Shown here: piece after piece, positions 1 through 10,936 of the stretch
Layout of the letters: every line of letters starts with the position of its first letter
How positions within the stretch are numbered: the first letter of the stretch is position 1
Source of the DNA: Sminthopsis crassicaudata
Taxonomy: Eukaryota
Assembly: GCF_048593235.1 (NCBI RefSeq)
Contig: NC_133621.1
Coordinates: forward strand, 15,168,525 to 15,232,524
Direction: 5' to 3'
DNA length: 64,000 bases
Notes under the pieces: generated by a model
Told to the model about the DNA's origin: nothing
The model's database searches: none
Seen by the model: only the letters and a program-made list of their open reading frames with translations
Program-made: the position numbers and the translations under genes

Positions 1-330
1 CTTGACTACAGAACTTTGAGCTCCTGTGATGCCACAATATTATCTGATAGCCAAAAAAAAAATTAATGTGTCCTTTAGGATAAATTTAAAAAGGGAGAGG
101 AGAATTCTGCTGTCCTCCCCGACCAGGCCTCATGTACAGTATTGTATTCAGTTCTGGGCTTCATATTTGAGGGAATACACTGACAAGAAGGCTAATGTCT
201 AGGGAAGGCTGTGGGAGCATAATATATGTGGGAACAATCAAAAGAATTGTACACTTTTAGTCTAAAGAAGGCAGATATAATTGTCATCTTGAAGCATTCC
301 AAGGGAACTATTGAAAAATTAATCAATATA
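1..330 (+). mobile_element. Degraded CR1/L3-type LINE fragment (ORF2 C-terminal region)
   Basis: From position 125 the sequence translates as RPHVQYCIQFWA...TDK, matching the CR1 ORF2 C-terminal motif RPHLEYCVQFWAP...IDK. In-frame stops follow. Confidence 0.7.
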
Positions 331-357
331 GAAGTGAAAGGACGTTAGAAGCAATAC

Positions 358-472
358 AATTCCCTTATTTTACAAAAATAGAAACTGAGTCACAAAGTAC
401 TTGCTCACAGGCACATAAGGAGCTCAAGGTAGACCCCAGGGTTAGAAGCCAGGTTTCTTGATGCCCAAATGC
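358..472 (-). mobile_element. MIR-like CORE-SINE fragment
   Basis: cccttattttacaaaaatagaaactgagtcac...acttgctcacaggcaca...gggttagaagccagg resembles the reverse complement of the MIR core. Confidence 0.65.
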
Positions 473-725
473 ATTTTTCTTTTCCCTAGACCATATTCTC
501 AGTATAACTATAAGGCAGAGTCCCTTCTTAACCCCAAGAGGGTTTTTAATCTGGTCAAGAAAAGAAAACTGGTACAATGAGGCAATTCTAAGGAAGGACA
601 AGACAATAAAAATCTGTGGTTAAGGCTCAGTGTCTTAGAAGGGCATTGCTCAGAGTAGGGCCAGGTAGGGCAGTGGGGCTGAGAGAAGTTGGGAAGGTCA
701 TTTTAGAGGACAGAAATTATTTCAC

Positions 726-727
<2 letters not shown>

Positions 728-774
<47 letters not shown>
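728..774. repeat. (TG)n microsatellite
   Basis: Perfect dinucleotide run. Confidence 0.95.
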
Positions 775-776
<2 letters not shown>

Positions 777-834
777 CCTTAGGGTCTGGCACACTGTGGA
801 TTAGAAAAATGATTCAGAGGGACTGAATGAATGG

Positions 835-892
835 AATAAAAGAGCTAAACAAGATGCCTCCAAGGTCCTTTCCATCTCCAAACATCTAAGAT
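835..892 (+). mobile_element. L3/MIR3-type 3' end fragment
   Basis: agatgcctccaaggtcctttccatctccaaacatctaagat resembles the shared L3/MIR3 terminus gatgacctctaaggtcccttccagctct. It may be the tail of the element at 1-330. Confidence 0.5.
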
Positions 893-1287
893 GTGCCAGG
901 AAGTTGATAGAACTGGGACGTCTTGTTCATGACCCAAATGATTTGACTGCTTCTGGTGAAAAAAGGAGGTGGGGGAGAGAGACCTGGATGCATGAGATCT
1001 GGGAACATGGAGGAAACATGTGGCTTCTTGTCATGCTTTACATTGCAGATTAAGACTGCTTGCCTCTTTCTCGGGTTGGATTTTTATGATCTATAGAAAT
1101 AAAAGGGAAGTTATTGGAAATTACATTGTAAGTTTTCTGCTGCTTAAGAGTTCTTGTTTACTACTCTTTTTGTTTTCCCCTTTCTTCAAGGGATTTCTGG
1201 ACTTTTGTTGTTTTCTGACTTCATTTTGTTGTCACAACTCTGGAGGATGGAAAACCAAAAAAGGTGAGAAACTGGGAACCTTGATAT

Positions 1288-1289
<2 letters not shown>

Positions 1290-1330
<41 letters not shown>
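1290..1330. repeat. Poly(A) tract, about 41 nt
   Basis: Homopolymer run. Confidence 0.95.
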
Positions 1331-1332
<2 letters not shown>

Positions 1333-4300
1333 CTGCTCTTGTTGGGTCTTTTGAGATTCCCATCCAACATCTCAGGCTTCTCAGCTGCATCAAGGGGACC
1401 TTTGCTGCCTTTAGATCTGCTTTCTTTCTCTTCCTATCCAAGCTCAATGGAAATAAGTCCATATCCGAGACACAAAGGAGAGCCGGTAACACTCCAACAG
1501 GAAAAGCATGTTAAAGGGAGGCACAGAACTCTGGGGAAAGTGACACTTTATCCAGTATATTCCTACTCCTTTTAAGACACCTGCAGAAAGCGGATGTCTC
1601 ACCCATTGGGTTCTTCCCCCAATATTTTGGATAGTCCAAATGCAAAGTCAAAACCTTTAAAGATGAGCTTTCAAACCCCAATCTCTAGTATATAGGAGGT
1701 AAGGTGTTAGAGGGAAATGGGGATGGGAGAAAGGGCTAACTATCTAGGGGCCCTGTCCGTAGCCCTAGAACTCCAAAGTGCAATGCAGCCTTCCGGTAGC
1801 TGCAAATGATTTCTTTCCAGGGCTTTAACCGAGCGAGGAAAAGTCTCCATCATTCCCCCAAGGCAGGGATTCGGTTAGCTTTTTGATCAGAGCGCCTTGT
1901 GTGTAAAGAAAGTAGAGACCTTTGGAAAGGTCGCCAGAGAGAAGCGACCACGAGCTGACTTCCCAGGACACCATGCGGCCGAACTTCAGCCTTGGGATCT
2001 TGAAGCATTCTCAGGGCTAAGGGCTAAGCAGTCCGAGTTCCGAGCGATGACTGGGACGGCTCTTGGAACGAAAGCAAAGCGTTGGGGCTCTCTCCCACAT
2101 AGCCTTGGGGAAGTCTATCAGACCCTGGAAGATCCGAGCCCCTGTCCTGTACCCAACCCCGCATCCTTAGAAGGATCATCAGAGTGGGTGCCTAGAACCT
2201 AGAATCTCCAGCTTTTATTTGAGCCTCAATTTAATGCCTTTTCTTTAAAATGAATTAACACCCCCCCTCCCCAAAAGAGAGAAATCGGGAAGATGGTCTT
2301 TCACCGAAGTTCCCCTCTCCCTTATTTTCTATTAAAAGAAAGGTTGTATTGACCTGTTTTGTTGTTGCTGGTGGGGTTTTGTTTGTTTGTCTTTGAGAGG
2401 GGGAAAACACGGAATAATATTGAATCTATAGTTGTTGGGTTGTTGTTGTTTTTTTTTTTGTTTTGTTTTGTTTTTTTTTAATTTCTTACGAAAAGCTCAA
2501 TGTCCTGAGATTCCTACAAATTGACTCCACACCAGAGAAGAAGGAAAAGTGCATTTTCATATTCATTTAATTCCCGGGAGGATTCATTTTTTTAAAAATC
2601 GAGAAACATGTCTTGACTTGTGTCCCCAAAGTTGAAAGCTAAAGCCGAGACCGTAATTGATTTCTTATAGCCAAAACCCAGATGCAGCTGTTATGGAGTC
2701 GTGGGGCTAGAAGGGAAAATTCCTGTGCTTCTGGATCACAAAGCGCTAGGGACGAAGGTAGAAGGGAACGAAGCGATTGAAAAGAGAAAGATGCACTGAG
2801 CCAACCTGAGCTGAGCCGCCCGGCTGCTCTCTGTAGTGGCAATCGAAGGTCAGCTGAATTCGATGACCGGGGTGATTGCATACAGGATGGTGTAAGATAA
2901 GCCTCCTGGGATTCTCCCAGCAGTCTCCAGCACTATGCTGGCGTTTGGGCCCCATATCTCTAGCTTAAGGAGTCCATTCGACGGGCAGAAAGGAAAAGGT
3001 GCAAAGTTAATATTCCAACGAAGGCTGGTGATGGTAGGGGGCGGGTTTCCAGATAAGAGAGTGAGTCATCCAAGGAAATGAAGGAATACGGGCAGAGACA
3101 GGTAGGAGCCCAGGCTGCGGAATAGGTCCAGGACAGAAAGATAATTCAGCGTGAGAACCCAACCTGGAATGTGTTAGGAGAGCCCCTGGGCCGCGCGCCT
3201 CCCTGACAGCAACCTTTGCCAGTTTAATGGGGTCAGAGCCTTAGTGCCGGAGGTTTCCTTTCACGTTGATCTAGATTGAATTTTTAAAATGTTTCTGAGA
3301 ACCAGTTCCTACAACTTTTCATGCCTTCTCTCAAACCTTAAAATGTATTTATTCTTGGAATGACACTAGTTTCCCAGTGTATAATTGCTAGGATCCGCAT
3401 TCGATTGATGATGATTTAACAGAAGGGGGGAGAGAGGTGCTCGGATTTCAGTTCCCCAAATAATCCCAGACCGGAACCCTCGGATGGAGTATTAACCCAG
3501 AGATCTGTCAAGTAAGAAAACCATGGAACAAGAACACCGAGAACCTCCCTCCCTCCTCTCGCAGGTGTGTGAAAGAAACAAAAACAGGGATAGAATGGTG
3601 GGGTTTTTTCCTCCGAAAGGAATAGTGGATGCACCAGAAAATGAGAGGTTCCTGTTTTGCTCTTGAAAAAAAAAAAAAGGAACAAAACTATGTCTGGATC
3701 TCGACAAGAAGGATCAGAAACCAGGAACCTCAACTCGCCCTCAGAAATGTAGTGCCAAGGGGGCTTTTCTACACCAGAGTCGTCTGTTTCTTCCCAAACA
3801 GGCCGCCCTACTAGAGAAGTCCCTGTGAGCAGTTCTTTCCTGACTCTTGAAAATGCTAAGTTGAGCTTATCGCAGCACAATCAGAAAATGAAACGACCTC
3901 TCCCTGTATTCAAAATAAACCTGCGAGCCTGGAGACCACGAAAGAGAGGCTTGTCTTTTTCATACGTCAAAATGCAACGGGGTCAGTCCTTCCTTGTGGA
4001 TGCATCTTCTTGGCCGGGAATAGTCGTATTTTTGGCCGAGCGTGAGCTGACATTAGGAGAGAGTTTAATAAGTCCCTATTGAGCATTCATTTATGCAGTG
4101 ATTATGTGAACTCTGACCCCTGAAGCTCCGTGGCAATTAGCCACAATGTGCAGCATTTCCCATCTCCAACAGTAACCTCTTCACCCTCCTTTCCATCTTA
4201 GTTCTCCATGTCCTTTGCTCCCCCCCCCCCCAACGCACACACGTTGATGAAGCTAGAGTCCATCAGAATTCCAGGGCATCCCCCCAATATACGTTACCTC

Positions 4301-4798
4301 TTGGTTACTCTAGCCTCTCCTCCCACCTCCTCCCCCTGAGGGACTGTACCCCCAGGCCTAGAGAGATGCTAAGGAGAGAGGCTGCAAGACTCAGACATAA
4401 ATGGGCTTCTCTAGCCAATCTTGGCCAGTACTGCTCCAAGGAGATGTATTCTAATAGCACTAGTAGCCCTATTTCATAGCTCCTGGCTGCAGAAATAAAT
4501 AGGATCCATTTCAACAGCTTAATTTAAGGTGTGTTTTGTTTTGTTTTATAAATATTCGATGCAATTTAGTTTAATCCAAGTAAAGACTAATGAATTGGTA
4601 AAGAAAAAACTAGAATAGAAGGGGAGAGCAGGAAGAGGACAGCAAGGAAACTACCCTGTTTTAAGTTTTCAGTAAACATTATTTAGCCAAAAAAGAATAG
4701 GAAAATTGCCCCCCTCCTCAAAAGGGATGGGACTGGAATTGTTTGCCTTCAGCAGAGGGCTCTTTCTAAAGTGACCCATCTCTGAATTAATTTCTGTT

Positions 4799-4815
4799 TG
4801 AACTTTCCATGAACC
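4799..4815 (-). promoter_or_regulatory. HOXA1 3' retinoic acid response element (DR5)
   Basis: Minus strand reads GGTTCA-tggaa-AGTTCA, 3.4 kb downstream of the HOXA1 stop. The half-sites match the known mouse Hoxa1 RARE (GGTTCA ccgaa AGTTCA). Confidence 0.85.
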
Positions 4816-5233
4816 TGAGATTAAACTGGGGTGAGCAGCTAAGCAGTTTGTTGATGCTGCCTTTTCAACAACCCTTTCAGACTGAGTAAATATTGATCGG
4901 TTGGAATCTGATTGCCCCAGAGGAAAACACCCCAGCCTCTGCCTAAGCTCCAAAAGTAAATTTGAAAGGGGAGGGGGCCTGTTCTCTATGGGAGGGGGCT
5001 GCAGGAAAAAAATCTGAAACCCGGGTGGGATTGGGGGCCACCCTGAACCTGAATCACGGGGGACACCATGGTCTTATCGAGAGCCATCCTTTGATAAAAC
5101 AAGGGGATTGAGAAAGATGATCTCCAAAACCTCGGCATCCTGCGATCCGCCACTCAAGATTGGTTTTAAATCTGTAAAGATGTGAGGATTCCCCTATTTT
5201 AGGTACTTCTGGGGTTTCAATTTTCCTTTTCTT

Positions 5234-5272
<39 letters not shown>

Positions 5273-7031
5273 TGAGTTGTCTGCTTTCCTCCTGGACCCA
5301 AAGAGAGAAAGACCTTGAAATAGGTCATGTTAAGCTATTTTGATTAAATCGATTGGGACAGTTAAAAAGATACAAATGTTTTCGTTGCTGAAAGGTATAT
5401 TAATGCGTCCTAAATGCATTGCTCGTTAGCTGATTTATCCCACCACGGAGAAAAGTCTTGGTCAATTTCGCTGTAATTGATCCTTTTCCTCCTCTCAGTG
5501 CCATTAAAAAGCCGGTACCTGGACACTTGCTTGCAAGGGCCTCGGGGTTGGGACCCCTCTGTTCTTAGATATTGAAATCAGGGTCGGTGGTATGCAAATG
5601 CCTCCTTTAGCACTTGAAAGTATCTGGAAGGAGGCCATCTGTTTTGTTTTGTGCCCTTACACTAATAAACAAAAGATACAGTAGAAGCCCGGGCGGGAAA
5701 ATGAAAGAAATCTTTGGCTCCGCTTTGAAGTTGGGCTCCATCCACCGCAGTCTTTTTAGGGACGGTCTCAGGGTTGAGGCAGGGAGCCCTAGTTCTCTCC
5801 TGGTGCCCTTGATATGGCCGACCCGCCTGCAAATCGAGACTTGTCTCCTTTGACAAGGAAGTGAAGAATCTCACGTAGATGCTCCACCGAACCAGCAACT
5901 TTGCAGCCCTGACTCTCCGGGCAAAGCATTCCTTTGTTGGAAAAGGGAGAAAGCCTAGGCTGTTTGTTTATTTGTTTCTTAGGAGAAATATTTATTTGTT
6001 CTTTGGAGGATGCCAGAATTTTTTCCCCTTCTGGAAGCTTGGGGCGGAACGTTCCGCTAAAACCTTTGTGTTGGAGGTGGAGGAGAGAGGACTGGTGGTA
6101 AAGATTGGGGAGAGAGCAGAGGTGTGAACCCTGGAGCTTTGAAATGTTGCTTCTTTCCTGAAATCTGGCTTTGTGCAGCTGTGCGATGTAAGACCTTGAA
6201 GAAACTCTTACAAGTTTACCTGAAAATAGATCCAGAGGGAAATAGCTGGGGCCTCTGGGTAACTTGGGTATATGCCCAGGAATCAGAAGTCTCCCAGCAA
6301 AATGTTCTGGCACAGCTTTTAAAATCAAAATTGAGTTTGGAGATGAATTAGACATGACTGATAGTTTAAGGGAGAGAGGGAAGGATGGAGGAGGAGATAA
6401 AGAGGAACAGGAAGAATGGATGGGGGGACAGAGAAGATATTGAAAGCTATTGGCAATCAACAAAGAGGAAAGGTGAGTAAATAGGAATGAGGGAGAGAGA
6501 GAGAGGGTTCCACTCTCAGGACAGCTTCATATCGGAGGTAATTAAATGTGAGTCTCTTGATTGTTGGTTCACTGATGTGAGGAAAGACTGACTGAAGACA
6601 GTTTGTGCTTTTGAAGGGAGGTCTGTTTATATATATGTCAACATTCAGTTAAGGGTGAAAAGGTTAGCACTTGACCCAGGAAGTTCCTGTATTTGTGCAA
6701 AAATAGATTCACTTCATAAATTTTCCTATGATTTCAACTTTTGAAAAAGAACAACCCTTCCGTTAAAAAAAATTTGTGTGTGTGTACCCGCACACCCCAA
6801 AACAGAGTATAAGTGTCAAACATGAAGCTGAGAAAAGATACAGGTGGATTTTAGCAGCAGGAAGAGGAGGAAAAAAATTGACTTCATCCAATAAAAAGTA
6901 ACCTCTTTAAAAGTAGGGAACACCCTTTCTCTTTTCCTTCCCAAATGAAATGATCAATCCAAATTGAAATCAATTGCAACAGATTGAAAGGAGATACAAG
7001 GAAACCCAAGCATATCTGAAATGTGAATATA

Positions 7032-7037
7032 TTTATT
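7032..7037 (-). terminator. Probable HOXA1 poly(A) signal
   Basis: AATAAA on the minus strand about 1.15 kb after the stop codon. Confidence 0.55.
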
Positions 7038-8191
7038 ACAGATATTTTAGGACCCGTAAATTCTGCTCTGGATTCCATCACTTTTGGAATCGCAGAACTT
7101 TTCATGATTGTACAGAGACTCAGAAACATTGTGGGACCACAAAGGACAACTGATAGAACTCAGTGTAGTATCTTTGGGGGCTCAAACCATTGTGCACCAT
7201 GCAGAAAGTCTATTCACGAATCACATGAAATATACATTCATTTCGCCATTCATCACATTTACGATTGGGTTGGAGATACATCAAATCTAGGGAAAGATTA
7301 CTGTGGAAATAAGATGTTGGGAGATAATATGCCCTAAGGTTCAGGAACAATCTAGCACAATTTTTGAACAGGGCAGAGGCCAGAGGAATGCTGGAGAAGA
7401 GAGATACTGCACACCCAGCAAGGTTTACAAAAAATACAAATAAAAATAAATCCAGCACAGTCCAGGCCTCCTTATCTCCTCCAAAGACACAGAGAGACTT
7501 CCCTGTGAATTATCTGATTGGGCTTCACCAGTCCAGTCTGATTTCTTTATTTATCTCACTTTTAGTCCTGTATAAAATTACACCCAGCTTTGGGAGTGTG
7601 TCCACCCTGTTTTAATCTCCTAAACTAAACATCATTTCTAGAAAATCTGTATAAAGATAAATCTCTTAAAGTATTTACAACCAGCAAACTCTTACACAAG
7701 AAACTGAATGCATTAAATTAAAAAGATGAACTGTGTAAACACTTTCATAGTGCATCCTCTTCTTGAGGTCTTCGATTCTCTTTTGCCTGCCTTGAGTGTC
7801 CGGGAGATGAGGAGAAGGAGGAAGAGGAGGAAAAAAATAATTCGAAATTAGGCGATAGAGATGGCCCGCTCTGCGAGCATGGGGAGGAGGAACTGATGGA
7901 GCTTTTCCAAAGGAGATCTGAATCAATCATAGAAGTGGGAGGGGGGCTCAGAGGCCTTCAGAAGACCAGATGGTGGCACCCCACCATTAGTGAAGTTACT
8001 CCCACCCAGCCTCTGAGTCTCTAGGCCAAAATTCTCGTGAAACAGTGACCTAGCCCGAAGAAGACCTGAAGATAACATCAAAAAGAAAGAGAGACAATTG
8101 TAAACGAAGGGAAAGATAAGCTAAGAATGTGCTTCGGGTTAGCAGTTCTGCACTGGAGTGGCGGGGGGAGAGAATGGGGCCGGGGGCAAAC

Positions 8192-8550
8192 TCAGTTGGA
8201 GGTAGTCAGAGTGTCTGAGGTAGAGGAGGCTGGGGAAGAGGGGACGCAGGGCGAGGAGGTAGATTTGTCTGAGGATTCCTCCGCCTTCTCCTCATTCCGG
8301 GACAGGGTGGTGGGCGAAATGGGCAGCAGGCCCTCCTTCTCTCTCTTCTTCTGCTTCATGCGGCGGTTCTGAAACCAGATCTTCACCTGGGTCTCGTTGA
8401 GTTGTAGCGAGGCCGCGATTTCCACCCTCCTGGCCCTGGTCAGGTACTTGTTGAAATGGAACTCCTTTTCCAGCTCAGTAAGCTGCTTGGTGGTAAAATT
8501 GGTGCGCACCGTGTTGGGTTGGCCAATATACCCGTACTCGCCAGCTTTCC
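8192..8550 (-). CDS. HOXA1: HOXA1 exon 2 (homeodomain and C-terminus)
   Basis: AG acceptor at 8552-8551, phase 1. Encodes a labial/PG1 homeodomain, [58 protein letters not shown] at 8194-8192. Confidence 0.98.
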
Positions 8551-9113
8551 CTGGAGGGCAAGGGTGGAGAGAAAAAAAGTCGTTAGGTTTGGTGTTTTGT
8601 TGTTGTTTAAGGCATAAGTTAGTTTTGTTTTTTCTTTTTGTTTTTTGTTTGTTTGTTTGTTTAAATGAAGTGCGGGTGAGTGATTTATACCTATACCCGG
8701 CAAGCTTCCCAATCATAGTCGCTAGAGTCCCATTGAACTCCTAGAAAGGTGACTGATGAGATACAAAGTATTAGCTTGAAGTCAACCTTTGATGTGAGCA
8801 GAAACCGTGACTAATAGGAGTCTAGAAATACGTACAGCCCCCCACTTAATCCCCCCCCCAAAAAAATCCTCCTTCCTACTTTCAGGAAGCCAGAGAGAAG
8901 ACTGGCCTTCTGTCTATTACTTCCTGGGCAACATTTACTTGAGTATACCGGAGTTTTCCACCCCACCCATCCTCTCCAAAACCTCTCCATAATCTTGAGT
9001 TGGCTCCCCCTCCCTCAAACACTAAGTAAGCCCCCAACCACCCCACCAGCCACCCCCAGACCTCCAAGGTAGCAACAGCAGCGGCCAGGTGTTCTGCCAA
9101 AAAGAGAACTGAC

Positions 9114-9756
9114 CTGTTTTGGGGGGATTCCTTTTGACTTTCATCCAGTCAAAGGTCTGTGCTGGAGGTGACGTCTCTGCTGAAGGAGAGCGACAGGTTT
9201 CTTGGTGGCTGGCATGGAGAGGGGACAAGGAGTTATTATAATTTGCCAGGGTCAGATTCTGCGCTTCTTGTCCATATGAGTGGTGAATGTATTGAGGCGA
9301 GCCCACCGCGCCCCCGGCATAACCCTGGTGGTGGTGGTGATGCTGGACCATGGGAGATGAGAGAGTTCCAGAGTAAACAGCGGGAGCGCAAGAGGGGTAC
9401 CCGCCGCTTACGTCTGCTTCCTGATTTAATGAGTAGGGGCTGTAACCTGCGCTGAAGTTCTGCGAGCCGAACCCCGGGCCACAGCTGGAGTGGGAGTAAG
9501 ACATACCCAGGTTGTTGAGGTGCTGGTAGGCGGCCGGCTGGGGATAGTGGTGATGGGCGTGAGGGGGACTCATCTGCACCCCCCTGCCCACCAGGAAGCG
9601 CTCGTCGCCCCCGCAGCTGTTGGCACTGACCGCGCACGACTGGAAAGTTGGGATCCCATGATCGGGGTGGTAGGCTCGGCCCGAGCAGGTCCCCGAGTCT
9701 CCCGCGTTGAGGATGGGGTGCTCCAGGAAGGAGGCGCTCATTCTCGCATTGTCCAT
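9114..9756 (-). CDS. HOXA1: HOXA1 exon 1 (spliced protein 333 aa)
   Basis: Starts MDNARM... and contains the [14 protein letters not shown] hexapeptide region. GT donor at 9113-9112. The 643-nt exon is phase 1, matching exon 2. Confidence 0.98.
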
Positions 9757-9763
9757 CTGCCTG

Positions 9764-9826
9764 TCACACGGTGACCGGGTCCTTCCTTGCCCTGGGTGAC
9801 CGTGCCAACTTTCTCACTTCCTCCAT
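9764..9826 (-). other. HOXA1 5'UTR upstream ORF (20 aa, [20 protein letters not shown])
   Basis: ATG at 9826-9824 with G at +4. TGA at 9766-9764, 7 nt before the main ATG. Confidence 0.75.
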
Positions 9827-9898
9827 GGGGCCAAAGAGAAAAATGATATGAATGTACAGTGTGCAGGGGGCGGGGGAGGGGGAGAGAGGGACGGGGGG

Positions 9899-9919
9899 CA
9901 CGTGACCGCGGCAGCCAAT
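9899..9919. promoter_or_regulatory. E-box (CACGTGAC) plus CCAAT in the HOXA1/HOTAIRM1 bidirectional promoter
   Basis: CACGTGAC at 9899-9906 and CCAAT at 9915-9919, inside a CpG island. Confidence 0.65.
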
Positions 9920-9935
9920 GGCGGAGCCCCCTGCG

Positions 9936-10439
9936 AAAGTTTGCCTGTTCCTGCTGGTGATGGATCACCGTTTCAGTGGCATTTAAATCCCGGGCGCTCC
10001 TCCATCAAGGTGACGCGCAGTCGCCCCCCCGGCAGCGGCAGCGGCGGCGGGAGCGGCAACGGCGGGAGCCCCGCGCTGGGGCCGGGCCCAGAAGGAGCCG
10101 GAGTCCGAGAAGGAGCCGCCCGCGCTGCTGCTACCGCCGCTGGAGGCTTCCGCCCGGCCCCACTGTAGGAGTTGTCCGGGGAATAGGGGAATAGGGTAGA
10201 TCCCTGGGGCCCAGAGAGGAGAAAAAGAAAGAGGAGGAAGAAGGGGGGGGGGGAGGAAGAGGAGGAGGAGGAGGAAGAGGAGGAAGAGGAGGAAGAGGAG
10301 GAGGAGGAAGAGGAAGAGAAAAAGGAGGAGGAGGAGGAGGAGGACAGGAGGATGTGAGTTTAGGCGGGGAGCGTCCTGGCTCTAGTCAGGATTGCAGGAT
10401 TGAGAATCAGCCTGCACTGATCTGACAGAACCACTGCAG
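9936..10439 (+). ncRNA. HOTAIRM1: HOTAIRM1 orthologue, exon 1 (3' boundary tentative)
   Basis: 9936-10030 (aaagtttgcc...gtgatggatcaccgtttcagtggcatttaaatcc...ggtgacgcgcagtcgccccccc) matches the recalled 5' end of human HOTAIRM1. Candidate donors are CAG|GTGAGT after 10439 and CCG|GTGAGT after 10542. Confidence 0.65.
10223..10350. repeat. (GGA/GAA)n polypurine tract
   Basis: Nearly pure A/G run. Confidence 0.9.
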
Positions 10440-10684
10440 GTGAGTGGGAGAGCCTCTCCCCCTTCCCCCCCACCTCTGGGCCGGGCGTGAGCAAAGGAGG
10501 AAGAAGAGGAAGATCTCCCCGCACCCGAGCCCCCGCCTCCCGGTGAGTGTGCACCGCGCTGCCCTTAGCTGCCCGCTTCTGTAGTTGTCATCACCATGGT
10601 TCCCTTCGGGAACGGCCACAGGGAGAAGGGGACGGTTTGGTGAGAAAATCTCCAGGCCCCGGGTGGGAGGAGGTTAGGAGCAGA

Positions 10685-10936
10685 GATGAGAAAATGAGGG
10701 GGAGGGAGGGGGGAAGAAAGAGGAGGGGGAGAAGGAAGAAGTGGAGGAGGGGGAGGAGGAGCAGAGGAGGAAGAGGAGGGAAGAAGAGGGAGGAAGAGTG
10801 AGAAGGAGGAGGGAGGAGGAGAAGGAGGAGGGAGAAAAAGGGAGGAGGAGGAGGGAGAAAGAGGGGGGGAGAAAGAGGAGGAGGAGGAGGAGAAGGAGGA
10901 GGAGGAAGAGGAGGAGAAGGAGGAGCAAGAGGAGGA
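10685..10936. repeat. GGA-rich polypurine tract
   Basis: Low-complexity A/G run. Confidence 0.9.

Noticed and set aside
2298-2315. ctttcaccgaagttcc, resembling the mouse Hoxa1 RARE
   Set aside because: Both half-sites are broken and the spacing is wrong; the true DR5 is at 4799-4815.
5789-6463. 224-aa minus-strand ORF downstream of HOXA1
   Set aside because: It has no ATG-based gene structure or recognisable homology; a chance ORF is likely.
7963-7979. CTCF-like ACCAGATGGTGGCA in the HOXA1 3'UTR
   Set aside because: It mismatches several key consensus positions and cannot be supported without ChIP data.
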